From the IMG/VR virus record IMGVR_UViG_3300008055_000251: 64,000 nt of DNA; one strand, written 5' to 3'. Shown here piece by piece: positions 34,428-44,100 of the stretch (within the stretch, counting starts at the first letter, position 1; every line of letters starts with the position of its first letter). Source of the stretch: a virus. Below the pieces are notes generated by a model, which was not told the origin of the DNA, ran no database searches, and saw only the letters and a list, made by a program, of their open reading frames with translations. A program made the position numbers and the translations under genes.

Positions 34428-35564
34428 TTAGGTAGCGGTCACACTGATCTTGATCTCGGAGGTAGCCACGAAGTCGGCGCTGCCGGCGATAATTTCTCCA
34501 GCTCTTGTATTAAGCTTTGAGTTAGTCAATAAGATATCACATTCGTAGTAGACTGAGCCTCCAATCTGAGTACCACGTTCGGCGCGACTCTTGTAAAGAT
34601 GAAACCTGGCTCGAGTGTTGCATTGGTTCTGGATCATTAGCACCAGGCGCAACAGAGCCAGACTGTCCTCTCCACCCGTAACAGCGCGATGATCAAATTG
34701 GAACTGCAACGATCCCGCCCCGCGTACGAGTGACTTGACGTGTTCGCCGAAGGTTTCGCCGATTGCTGTGACATCGAGATTGGCAGCATCGATGGACATA
34801 ACCCACTCTTCGAGCTCGCACTGCTGCTTCCAGTTACGATTAGCAGCCTCACAGAGTGCGTTGAAACCACTAGGTAATGTAATTACATTAGCAAGCAACT
34901 GTTCAGATTTAAGTAGCGACAATGTGCTTAAAGACAAAGCGGCGCTGTCGATTGCTGCTGTGTACGCTGCAGCGTCATCGTAGTAAGCCACAATGAAATT
35001 GCCACACTTTACCTTAGATATAACTTTTTCTGTTCCAGATGCGGAATGTGCTGCTTCTTCTGTTGTCCAAAGGCGGATGCGGTCGAGCTCGTCTCGACTC
35101 ATGTACCCATCACCACGGATGGCTAGTCCAGTATTCGAGAGATTGTTGTAGAAGTCGTTGTTGTCCTCGCTGCCGGTTATGAGTATTAGGATGTCGTTGG
35201 ACTGTGTGACTAATATATCGTTTGACTGTGTCGCTAATGTGCCTGTTGTATCAAATCGGTCATAGAAGGGACTGCTATCGGTTAACGCGCCAGTATAGAA
35301 AGCGCGACTGACTCCCGTGTCCCAGATTCCGCCCCGATAGAAGCCATGGCCGTCAGGGCAGTCTGCATAGCCATCTCCGTTTACATCAAAAGGTACGCCT
35401 AAAGGCGAAGCAATAATGATGCGGTCTCCAGCCCAGTAACTGGTATTAGTCAGAGATATAGTTGCTCTAGCTCCGCCGGTATTTATTCGGGCAGAGGAAA
35501 GGGCGATGGGCTCTGCAATCGCTCTGCTGATATCAAGAACACCACCCGCACCAAGGACTGCCAT
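34428..35564 (-). CDS. tail structural protein with C-terminal tube-like domain
   Basis: C-terminal LDVTAIGE...GAGSL segment resembles LETTGIGQ...SGSGTL of the adjacent 132 aa protein. Confidence 0.7.
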   Translation of the reverse strand: MAVLGAGGVLDISRAIAEPIALSSARINTGGARATISLTNTSYWAGDRIIIASPLGVPFDVNGDGYADCPDGHGFYRGGIWDTGVSRAFYTGALTDSSPFYDRFDTTGTLATQSNDILVTQSNDILILITGSEDNNDFYNNLSNTGLAIRGDGYMSRDELDRIRLWTTEEAAHSASGTEKVISKVKCGNFIVAYYDDAAAYTAAIDSAALSLSTLSLLKSEQLLANVITLPSGFNALCEAANRNWKQQCELEEWVMSIDAANLDVTAIGETFGEHVKSLVRGAGSLQFQFDHRAVTGGEDSLALLRLVLMIQNQCNTRARFHLYKSRAERGTQIGGSVYYECDILLTNSKLNTRAGEIIAGSADFVATSEIKISVTAT

Positions 35565-35962
35565 TAGAAACTACCTATAGGCTTACCACTTACGTTAAAA
35601 GTAATAGGTACAGTCACAAGATCGCCGACACTCACGCTTACTCCGGCTTGTGTCATCACGACATCGCCTTCAATCGTCCCGAGGGCTGTGCTCGTGTCTA
35701 ATCTGATCTTTAACTTTGAGCTCATAGCGTCGTCGCTAAGAACTGAATTCATGACATTGCGCGTTGCTGTGTCTGCGGGGTCGTAGAGCAAAGTGCCGCT
35801 ACCGCTAGTACTGCGAATGCCGTAGGTATAGGTGCGATCTTTTTGACCTATTCCTGTAGTCTCTAAAGCGTCTCGATTGATATTTAGTGTTATATCTCGA
35901 ACTTTGCCTATTACTGCACCCTCGAACTGCAGCTCCGCAGTAGCGGCGGTTTTGACTGCCAT
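35564..35962 (-). CDS. tail tube-like small protein
   Basis: ITLNINRDALETTGIG...SGSGTLLYDP...VSVGDLVTVPITFNVSG. Confidence 0.7.
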   Translation of the reverse strand: MAVKTAATAELQFEGAVIGKVRDITLNINRDALETTGIGQKDRTYTYGIRSTSGSGTLLYDPADTATRNVMNSVLSDDAMSSKLKIRLDTSTALGTIEGDVVMTQAGVSVSVGDLVTVPITFNVSGKPIGSF

Positions 35963-35979
35963 GACGGACTATCTAGGGT

Positions 35980-36384
35980 TTAGGTCAATCTAAGCTCTGC
36001 GACAAGTGCTACTCGCACACTCGACCGGCCTGGTGCAACGCTCTCCACGCTTGGGGGCTCTTCTGAGAAGAACCATTGCATACCGGCACCGTTAGAAGAG
36101 GTGTTCAGCCAGTTGGCGAGATTGGATGAAGCCCCGTTAAAGATGATACTAGGTAAAACAAGATTGATAGTAGAGCCTTTTGCGCTGTTGTAAGCAGCAA
36201 GTATTAAAGCTGCGTTGTCATCAGTGATATTTTCAAAGGTCAGTGCTAGCTGTGCCTGTGAGGGACGGCTGCCCCAGAGGCGGCGGGTGGTGACGCCAGA
36301 CTGCGACGTCATCCCGCTGGTGGGCCACTTCGGTGCGTTGAAGCTGCGGGAGGTGGGTTCGATGCTGGGGAATGTGACAGCCAT
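35980..36384 (-). CDS. distal tail / minor tail protein (lambda gpM-like position)
   Basis: FPSIEPTSRSF...LTFENI pattern; position upstream in the tail-tip cluster. Confidence 0.7.
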   Translation of the reverse strand: MAVTFPSIEPTSRSFNAPKWPTSGMTSQSGVTTRRLWGSRPSQAQLALTFENITDDNAALILAAYNSAKGSTINLVLPSIIFNGASSNLANWLNTSSNGAGMQWFFSEEPPSVESVAPGRSSVRVALVAELRLT

Positions 36385-39300
36385 CAGCCTTCGATAGTCC
36401 AGTTCGCAGTGGTCGTGGTTGTCCCGAGCTCGATGTTCTCGTAGAGCTTCAGAACGCCGGTGGTGTTCGTCGGCATGTGGACCGCTTCAATCGTAAAGGT
36501 GCCGTCCTCGTTGGGGGAAATACGCTCGATCTGGTAGGTACGCACCTGTGTGCTGGGCAGCTTGACGGTGAAAACGATGCCGATGGGTGTGGCTTGAGTA
36601 CCACCGGCGCTCACGGTCAGCGTCGTGTCAGAGGGGGCGGATGCGCTTTCACCGTTCCAGGCGATCACGTCGTAGGCGCCGTCGATGAGGGCTTTAGTGC
36701 TGACCAGGGCGCCGGATTGAGTGACGACACCGTTGTTGAACTCGTCGTACTCGGTCTCGTCCATCGCCACTCGGATGTAGTCACTGGGGGCCATCTGGGA
36801 GAGAACGCCCTCGTGGGTGGTGGTGAAGCGCACCGAGTGCGTCGGTACGCGACGCATGCGGATGATGAATTTCGCAGCGTCGACAGCGTGAGCACGACTG
36901 GTGCAGTAGTCGCTGAGGTCGAGGGATTCGACTGGAGCGCCGGCGTCGGTTCCGGCCTCAGCGACAAGGATCTCGCGCACCGTGGGGAAGATGCCCGGGT
37001 TGGTCAGGTCGGTCGAGGCGCGCTCTTCGCGGTAGCGGACTGAGACACGGATCGGGTCGCGGTCTTCAGGGTCCAGGTACTGGAGCTGGAAGGACCCCTC
37101 GGCGATGTTGCCAGCGGTGAACAAACCTTTGATTGAGACCGCGGTGGATTGGAGAGCGGGGCGTAGGAAGAACTTGCCGTCGCGCTCGCCGAAGATCAGC
37201 AGGTGGGTGGCGGCTGTGTCGGCAGCCCACTGGCGGAGGTTGACGCGGTCGGCGATGACTCCGTCGTAGAAGTAAGTGCGGTCTTGGCACCACTGGGCGG
37301 CGGACTCGAAGGACGCGAGATCGATCATCTCGTCGCTGATCAGGTTGCCGGCTCCGTAGGTCGTGTTGGTGAGGAGGTCGAGGAGGATATCCGGGAAGAG
37401 GTGGGTGGAGCCAACGCTCTTGTTGTTGAGCAAGCGCCGGCACGTTTTGCCGCCCGTGACGTAGCAGCTGAACTGGTTGAACTGCTGCCATTCGACCGAG
37501 GACATGATGTTGACCCCGAGCAGGGCCAAGTTGTCGTAGACGGGCGCTGTGTCGTTCGGAACGATCTCATTGATGTAGACGATCTCGTGCTCGGGACCGG
37601 TGGAGGCTGAGGACTGGATCTCTTCATAGATGAAGGCTTCAGCGAGCTTCCCCCAGGTGTCGATGTAGGAGAAGTCGCCGTTGGGGAAGTCTGTGTTGTC
37701 CGTCCTCGGGTAGCTCAGGCCGCCTTTGGCGAGTTTGCGGCGGCCGACGGCGATGCCGAAGGTGTCGGCTGAGTGGGCGACCGTGGTTCCGTTGAATGTG
37801 ACCGAGACACCGCCGGCTTCAGAGACGGTCTGACGGGAGGACAAGCTCGCTTCGAGCACGTACAAGGTGCCAATGCCGCCGTTGCGGACTTCCCAGCCGG
37901 AGTAGGGCTCAACCTGGATTTCCCACTGTTTGATAGCGGGCATGTTGAGCTGGATGTAGTTGAACAGGTTCTGCTGGGTGGCGCCGCGGACGCCATAAGC
38001 GTTGTTGAGTTTGGTGAAGCCACCGGTGGTGCCGGCCTCGCGGTAGTAGATGGCAAAGAAGCTGTAGCGCTCGACCGGAGCACTGAGCGTGTTGGATTGG
38101 TGGATGTCCGTCTGTAGTGTGCTGCCCTGCTCGACGATGTCGTCCTTGTAATCCAGGCAGGCGCGGTTATCGCACTCGTCGAAGCTGATCGTTTCGCGGA
38201 AGTTGGTCAGTCCGTTGATGCGGATGCCGAGGCGTGAGCGGATACCGAGCTCGATGGCTTGGCAGGGGCGCGTGGTGGAGATGCTGGCGATGGCGCAACG
38301 CAGGACGTGGCCATCAGTCGTGGCGACGTTGCGCCATTCGCGGGTGGCAGAGTCTTCGTCCAGCCAGGCGAGGCCAGTCTTTTCGATCAGCGCGGCCGAG
38401 TTGGTGCTCACTGCGCCTGGGCGCACCGTGGTGAAGGTGGCAGTAACTGGTGTGCCGCTGCCGCTGCTGATATCGGACTCGGAGACGAAGGCGGCGTCGG
38501 TGCGTGCGGTGCAGATGGCTAAGCCAGAGCCGATTTTGTAGAGCTCACCAACGATCAGGGCGTCATCCCAGGACTTTTGGCGGCCGGCGACGGTGGAGGC
38601 GATGTCTTCGCATTTTTCAATGTATGCCTTTTTGGCGTTGAACTTGAGCGAGACGTTGATGGAAATGGAGGATGCATCATCTTCGGTGACAGAGCCTACG
38701 CCGGAGCCTCGAATCTTGAAGCGGGGTTTGTCGCGAGTGTTGGTGGTTGACAGCCCGGAGATTGTGCCACCTCCGCCGGAGATGGTGACGTTAGTGACTA
38801 AGCCATCTCCATTTTTGGACACACTTAGAGAAGGCGCACTAACCGTTCCGCCGTCACTTGTGAATACTTGCTTTGATCTGGTTTTTACTAGCACTTTTAA
38901 CGTGTATTTGACTACGACATCGTCCTCGGGGTCGTCTGCGGTGAGGGGGTTGCGCCACTTGAGTCTGAATCGGGCTGATTTCAGAACTTCCAGCAATTCG
39001 TTGATGTCGTCGGTGCTGTCATTATCGTTGTAGAATCCTGTTATGTTAAAGGATATTGTTGCATTTAGTACGCCCTTTCCTTTTGAGTCAACGGTGACAC
39101 TTGTTACAGTTGTGGAAATCTTGTTCTCTAGTGTGGTGATATAGCTTGATTGATCTTGCGTATTGTCATAGATGTTGTTCCAAGCTTTGTTGCTAGGCTT
39201 GGTATAGACACCTGCGCCATCGTTGATAACGGTCGTGACTGATCGTTGCCAGTCGCCTGGCGTGGTCAGGCTCTTGATGTCGCGGCTGAATGCGGTCTCC

Positions 39301-40340
39301 TTGTCGCTGCTGGAGTACATCGTGTATGTGGTTGTGCCTCCGATGGAGCCGAGGCCACTCGAGGTGATGCCGCTGCGGGAGCCGAAGAAGGCGCGGGCTT
39401 TGCGGCGTTGGGCCCAGGCCACGTCATCGGTGGTGCATTTCACCTTGGCGTCGCCGTCATCGCCCTCGGGGATGAGTTGGGCTTGGACCTGCGGCTTGAA
39501 CACCGGGTTGATGCGCATGCCGAAGTCGTTGCCGCACAGGGCGTAGACGCCGAAGGTGGTCTGGTTGCTGGGGCGGTTGGCGGAGCAGAAGTCAGCGGTC
39601 CACGTACTGCCCCGGCGCACCATGAAAACGTCGCTGCCGCCAGCGTTTTGCGCGTTGCCGGCGTCGGTGCTTGCAGAGCGGCCATAGATCTGGTTGCTCG
39701 AGGCGATTCGCGTGGTGAGCCCACTGGCGTAGCGGCCGTAGACGGCCATGCGGGATCCGACCTGATTGGCGGTGGCGTTCCCGAAGTCGTAACTGGCGAG
39801 GGTGTTGCCACCTGATGCGAAGTTCCGTGCATCGAGCGAGGTGATCGGGCCTTCGCTCACCAGGAAGATGGCGCGTAGGAGCTGCGAGCCCCCCAGGCTG
39901 TAGAGCTGGGACCACAGCAGGGTGGTGTTGACCCGGACGCCGCCGTAGGTGGTGCCACCGATGCTTTCGCGCAGCGCGTAGACGATCGGGATGACGGCCC
40001 CGAGGGTGGTGATGTCCTGGGAGGAGTCGAAGCCGTAGCGAGGGACGAAGCGCTCGTTCTCGGTGCGAGCTCGGCCTCCGCGGTTGCGCGCCTTGAGCTG
40101 TGCAGGGTCTCCCTCGTTGGGCTTTGGCTTGAAGAAGCTCGCAGCGATGGTGAAGCCGACCGAGAGCACGGTCAGCACCAGGGAGATGATCGCGAGTGTC
40201 TCGGCGCCTGCGGTGACGGCGGGTACCGGAGCCTCTGCGTTGCGGCGGCGGACCTCGGCTTTGAACCAGGCGTATTCCTCGTCGGTCAGGCCCAACAAAG
40301 AAGCGAGGTAGCGGTCAGAGGGAAGGAGCCGAGGGTCCAT
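36384..40340 (-). CDS. tail tip / host-specificity protein (gpJ-like hub)
   Basis: N-terminal TM-like segment, TLGAVIPIVY, C-terminal FTAGNI...SVRYR...DYCTSRAHA tail-tip pattern; start at ATG 40340 overlapping the NlpC stop. Confidence 0.85.
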   Translation of the reverse strand: MDPRLLPSDRYLASLLGLTDEEYAWFKAEVRRRNAEAPVPAVTAGAETLAIISLVLTVLSVGFTIAASFFKPKPNEGDPAQLKARNRGGRARTENERFVPRYGFDSSQDITTLGAVIPIVYALRESIGGTTYGGVRVNTTLLWSQLYSLGGSQLLRAIFLVSEGPITSLDARNFASGGNTLASYDFGNATANQVGSRMAVYGRYASGLTTRIASSNQIYGRSASTDAGNAQNAGGSDVFMVRRGSTWTADFCSANRPSNQTTFGVYALCGNDFGMRINPVFKPQVQAQLIPEGDDGDAKVKCTTDDVAWAQRRKARAFFGSRSGITSSGLGSIGGTTTYTMYSSSDKETAFSRDIKSLTTPGDWQRSVTTVINDGAGVYTKPSNKAWNNIYDNTQDQSSYITTLENKISTTVTSVTVDSKGKGVLNATISFNITGFYNDNDSTDDINELLEVLKSARFRLKWRNPLTADDPEDDVVVKYTLKVLVKTRSKQVFTSDGGTVSAPSLSVSKNGDGLVTNVTISGGGGTISGLSTTNTRDKPRFKIRGSGVGSVTEDDASSISINVSLKFNAKKAYIEKCEDIASTVAGRQKSWDDALIVGELYKIGSGLAICTARTDAAFVSESDISSGSGTPVTATFTTVRPGAVSTNSAALIEKTGLAWLDEDSATREWRNVATTDGHVLRCAIASISTTRPCQAIELGIRSRLGIRINGLTNFRETISFDECDNRACLDYKDDIVEQGSTLQTDIHQSNTLSAPVERYSFFAIYYREAGTTGGFTKLNNAYGVRGATQQNLFNYIQLNMPAIKQWEIQVEPYSGWEVRNGGIGTLYVLEASLSSRQTVSEAGGVSVTFNGTTVAHSADTFGIAVGRRKLAKGGLSYPRTDNTDFPNGDFSYIDTWGKLAEAFIYEEIQSSASTGPEHEIVYINEIVPNDTAPVYDNLALLGVNIMSSVEWQQFNQFSCYVTGGKTCRRLLNNKSVGSTHLFPDILLDLLTNTTYGAGNLISDEMIDLASFESAAQWCQDRTYFYDGVIADRVNLRQWAADTAATHLLIFGERDGKFFLRPALQSTAVSIKGLFTAGNIAEGSFQLQYLDPEDRDPIRVSVRYREERASTDLTNPGIFPTVREILVAEAGTDAGAPVESLDLSDYCTSRAHAVDAAKFIIRMRRVPTHSVRFTTTHEGVLSQMAPSDYIRVAMDETEYDEFNNGVVTQSGALVSTKALIDGAYDVIAWNGESASAPSDTTLTVSAGGTQATPIGIVFTVKLPSTQVRTYQIERISPNEDGTFTIEAVHMPTNTTGVLKLYENIELGTTTTTANWTIEG

Positions 40341-40717
40341 CAGACGAAGGCGTAGAAGGGCAGGCGCTTGAAGGCGGACAACGGCGCCCAAAAGACGCCG
40401 CGCTTGTGGTGGACCATGAGGAGCCCGTCGTCCACGACCACACCGACACCGAGGCCGGCGGGACCGTTGCGCAGGAGCGTCACGGCGTACGGCTCAGGGG
40501 CGGGGAGCTCGCGGGTCCCGGAAGCCCACAGCTGTTCAAGAGTGGGCCAGTCGCCTGACTCAGCCAGGTCAAGCCAGCGTTGTTCAAATGATGGATGCGG
40601 CACGCCGGCTGCGTCGAGGACGGCCCAGACCATCAGGACGCAATCGCAGGCAACGCCGTCCTCGGGGTGGGCGCCGAAGCCGTGAGGGAGGCCGATCCAG
40701 CGCATCCAGGTCGGCAT
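40340..40717 (-). CDS. NlpC/P60-like tail assembly protein (gpK-like)
   Basis: WIGLPHGFG...ACDCVLMVW motif. Confidence 0.75.
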   Translation of the reverse strand: MPTWMRWIGLPHGFGAHPEDGVACDCVLMVWAVLDAAGVPHPSFEQRWLDLAESGDWPTLEQLWASGTRELPAPEPYAVTLLRNGPAGLGVGVVVDDGLLMVHHKRGVFWAPLSAFKRLPFYAFV

Positions 40718-41196
40718 CAGCTCACCACCAACGTTGCGGAGCTCGGCAGGGCGCCGACGAGCTTGGTGCTCAGGTAGCGGCGGGGCACCTGATCCCGTAC
40801 GGCGTCCAGCGGTGAGGTGAGCTTGAGCAGGATTTTCTCGGTGTCCATCTCGTAGCGAGCGACGCGCCAGGTCTCGGTGCGGATTAGGGCGGCGTCCGCA
40901 AAGGTGTCAGGGTCGAGGGAGACGGTTTTGAGCTCGAGCAGCCAGCGGCTGTTGACGGCCTCGGCGAAGACGTTGACCGTGATGGCGTTGGTGCCCGCAC
41001 CGAGGGTGGCTTCGGATCGGTCGCCGCCTTTGGCACCGGCGCCGGTGGAGACACCGAAGGGGGCGAACTGGTAGGTAACGCCGCCGTAGATGCGGGGCTG
41101 GTTCACGGAGAAGTTCTGATAGGCGTAGACGGGAGACGTCGGCGTGCCGTTAGGTAGGAGGAAACGGGCGTAGTTGACGAAGGCGAAGGTGCTCAT
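40717..41196 (-). CDS. minor tail protein (gpL-like)
   Basis: YQFAPFG...LKLTSPLDAVRDQVPRR; between tape measure and NlpC gene. Confidence 0.7.
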   Translation of the reverse strand: MSTFAFVNYARFLLPNGTPTSPVYAYQNFSVNQPRIYGGVTYQFAPFGVSTGAGAKGGDRSEATLGAGTNAITVNVFAEAVNSRWLLELKTVSLDPDTFADAALIRTETWRVARYEMDTEKILLKLTSPLDAVRDQVPRRYLSTKLVGALPSSATLVVS

Positions 41197-44100
41197 CAGA
41201 CGAGGCCGACCTGGCGGCGGGATTTGATGGAGTTCTGCAGGGCGGAGAGCGTCAAGGTCCGGCCGCGTTCTGCCGCTTCGGCCATACCTTTGCGGTGTTG
41301 CTCCGCAGTGACGTATTCGACTCCGTTAATCACGCTGGACTCGAAGCGCACGTCCAGTGGTTTAGGACTGTTGATTGCCGCGATGGTTTCGCGTTCAGCG
41401 CGCTCGGCGACAAGGCGCTCGGTTGACTTGGTGAAGGGGATCGCCGTGTTGTTGATGGTGGAGAAGGCGTTGGAGACGGAGGAGCTTCCGCCTTCGGAAG
41501 AGGAACTACCTGCACCGGTGAAGGCGATCCGGTCGTTGGGGATGATCGTGCCGCCGGCGTCAGGGACGAACAGCTCGGGGCCGACCTCGCCGACGATGTA
41601 GGGGCGCCGGGCGGATACGGGGCCGCCACGAGCCTTCATTATTCCCCCAACGCCACCGGCGATGGCGCCGAGGCCACCGAGGATGCCGGCGATGCCCATC
41701 AGGGTTCCGTAGGTGCCGCCCTCGGAGTCCTGCATCGCTTGGATGGCGCCGGTGATGGCGAGGGCGCCGGTAGCGACGCCGGTCATGGCGCCGAGGAATT
41801 TGCCGAAGCCTTTTTCGCCGGTGGCGGCGGCGTTTCCGGTCTGCTGGCTGGTGGTTTCGGCGACGGTGCCGAGTTGGGTCAGGGATTCGCCGATGCCCTT
41901 GAAGGATTGCTCGAGCATTCCCTCGATATCCGCGACGTAGGCCGGTCCGAGGTTCCCAAGTCGCGTCATCATTTCGTACTCGGATTCGGCTCCGGTAAGA
42001 GCGGGAAGTTTGATACCGGCTGCAGGTACTTGTTTTCTTGGGGCTAGAGAACCGACGGTGTCGCCAATTCGGATGCCGTAAGGGATCCCTGAGGTGTTGG
42101 CATCAAGGTCGGGACCGCCAATACCGGCAGCAACAGCTGTAAGGGCAGTTGTGTTGTTGCTTACAGCATCTTTTAACTGATCTGTTTTTTGCCCCAGTGT
42201 TGTCTGTGATGCGGCAAGAGCATCCATAGCTGATTTTGCTCTGTCTTCTGCTGACTGCACGCCGAAGAGCTTCTTCATGCGGTCGAACACTTGCTCTTGC
42301 ATGGGTGCCATTGCGATATCGAGGAATTGCTGTACGAATCCTTGGCTAATAGTTTGTGTGAAATTGCTTAGTGCTTCCCGGAAGTCGGTGGTTCCGCTGA
42401 AGAGGCTCTCGAGAAGGCCACGACTGGCTGTGGCGTATGCCTCCGTAGCTGCGACAGCCATTCCGAGTCTCTGCTCGAAGTTCTCCACGGCTCTATTCAG
42501 TGGATCGAGCTGTTCGTTGGTACGGCGGTAGCTTTCTGCGAGCTGACTTGCTTGGGCTTGGAGCTCTGGAACTAAGTTCGGGTTTGCAGCTCGTTGCTCG
42601 GGTGTCAGTCGGTTCAACTGCGAGCCCAGATAAGTCTGAGCAGCTAGATCTGAGCGTCGGTTTGCATTCTCAAGTGAGTAACCCGGAAGAGTCAGTGCTT
42701 GTTGAGCTTGACTGAAGCGATCAAGCAGCCCTTGAACTCCAGGACGAATATCAATAGCTTGCTGTATGAGCTTGGTGAAGTCATTTCTAAGGGTTTCCAG
42801 CAGAAGCTGCGATTGGAGCTTGGTTAAATCGGCGGCATTGCGTAGAGCGCCGATGATTCCAGTGTTCTTGCCGGGATCTCCAAGTATTGCTTTGATCGCG
42901 TCTGCAAGTATGGGCGCGCCACCGAGTAAGCGATCAATCTCAGCGCGGGCTGCTGCCAGAGACGTATTGCCTGTTGCGGCACTCCTTAAGACATTAGATA
43001 CTCCTTGCTTATTCCCTGAGATAATGTCCGGAGATACACCGTTAAGAAGAGAGCTCTTGGCGAGTTGATCATAAACTTGAGTCAGGAATACATCTATAGC
43101 GGTTTTAACAGGCGTAATGCTCTGAAGAGCTGACGGATCAGTTAATCCGCTGGCAATAGATTTGCTAAGAGCTTCGGTGTCGTTCTTAAGCTGCAGTATT
43201 TCTTTGTCGAGTCGCCCCACTTCAGCTGCGGCCACACCCCAGTTAGCTGGGTCTCCGAGGCGTTCCAGGAATCGAGCTAAGTCCTGGTTGTCACGAATTG
43301 CGCTTGTCCTGTCTACGAGCTCGCGAGCTAGAGCGAAGTTACTTTCGAGACTGGCGCGCATACGTGCGGTGTTACCACCAATATCCACGAATGAACCAAG
43401 CTCCTCCATCTTGGGTGGTGCTACAGGAGCTGTACGCTTAAACCGTCCAGTACCTAGCTCCTGTTCTGCTAATTGAAGAGCAAAAGTTCCGCCTTGGGAC
43501 TGACCCATAAAGACTTTGGCTCTCATATTCAGCGCATTCTCAAACTCGGGAGCAGACATGGTCAAAGCTCCCGCATAGTTCTCTTTCAGGGCAGCGATGA
43601 CTTGCTGAGCTGGTGTGGCGCTACTAAGACCGAGGTTGCGTCCAGCTCCAGTTTTAAGAAGGGCTAGGGCGCGCTCGGCACTCACACCTTGTTGAGTCGC
43701 GGCATTAAGGAAACTCTTTTTGTCTTCGTCAGTAACTACAAAGTCTTCACCTTGAATGGCTGCTGCTTGTAATGCGTAGCGTAAGGCTTCTTTGGATGCG
43801 CGAATCCGTTGTGCTGCTTCGTAATCTACGATTTTCTTGTTCATCTGCCCCATCTTCTCGCGGAGCTTTAATGTCTGCTCTTCCAGCTTGTATTTGTAGT
43901 CGCTTAGTTGTTTTTCAATCTCATTGCGTTTGATAACGAGCTCGGTCTGCTGACGCTGGCTTTCGACCTGTGCGTCGAAGAGAGCTGTCTCGTACTCGTC
44001 AAAGATTTGTTTGAGATTGTTGCCTATATCACTTAATCCTCGATTCTCAATTCGCTGACGCTCTTCTAGCTGGGAACGCTGCTCCTGTGCCAGCGCATCA

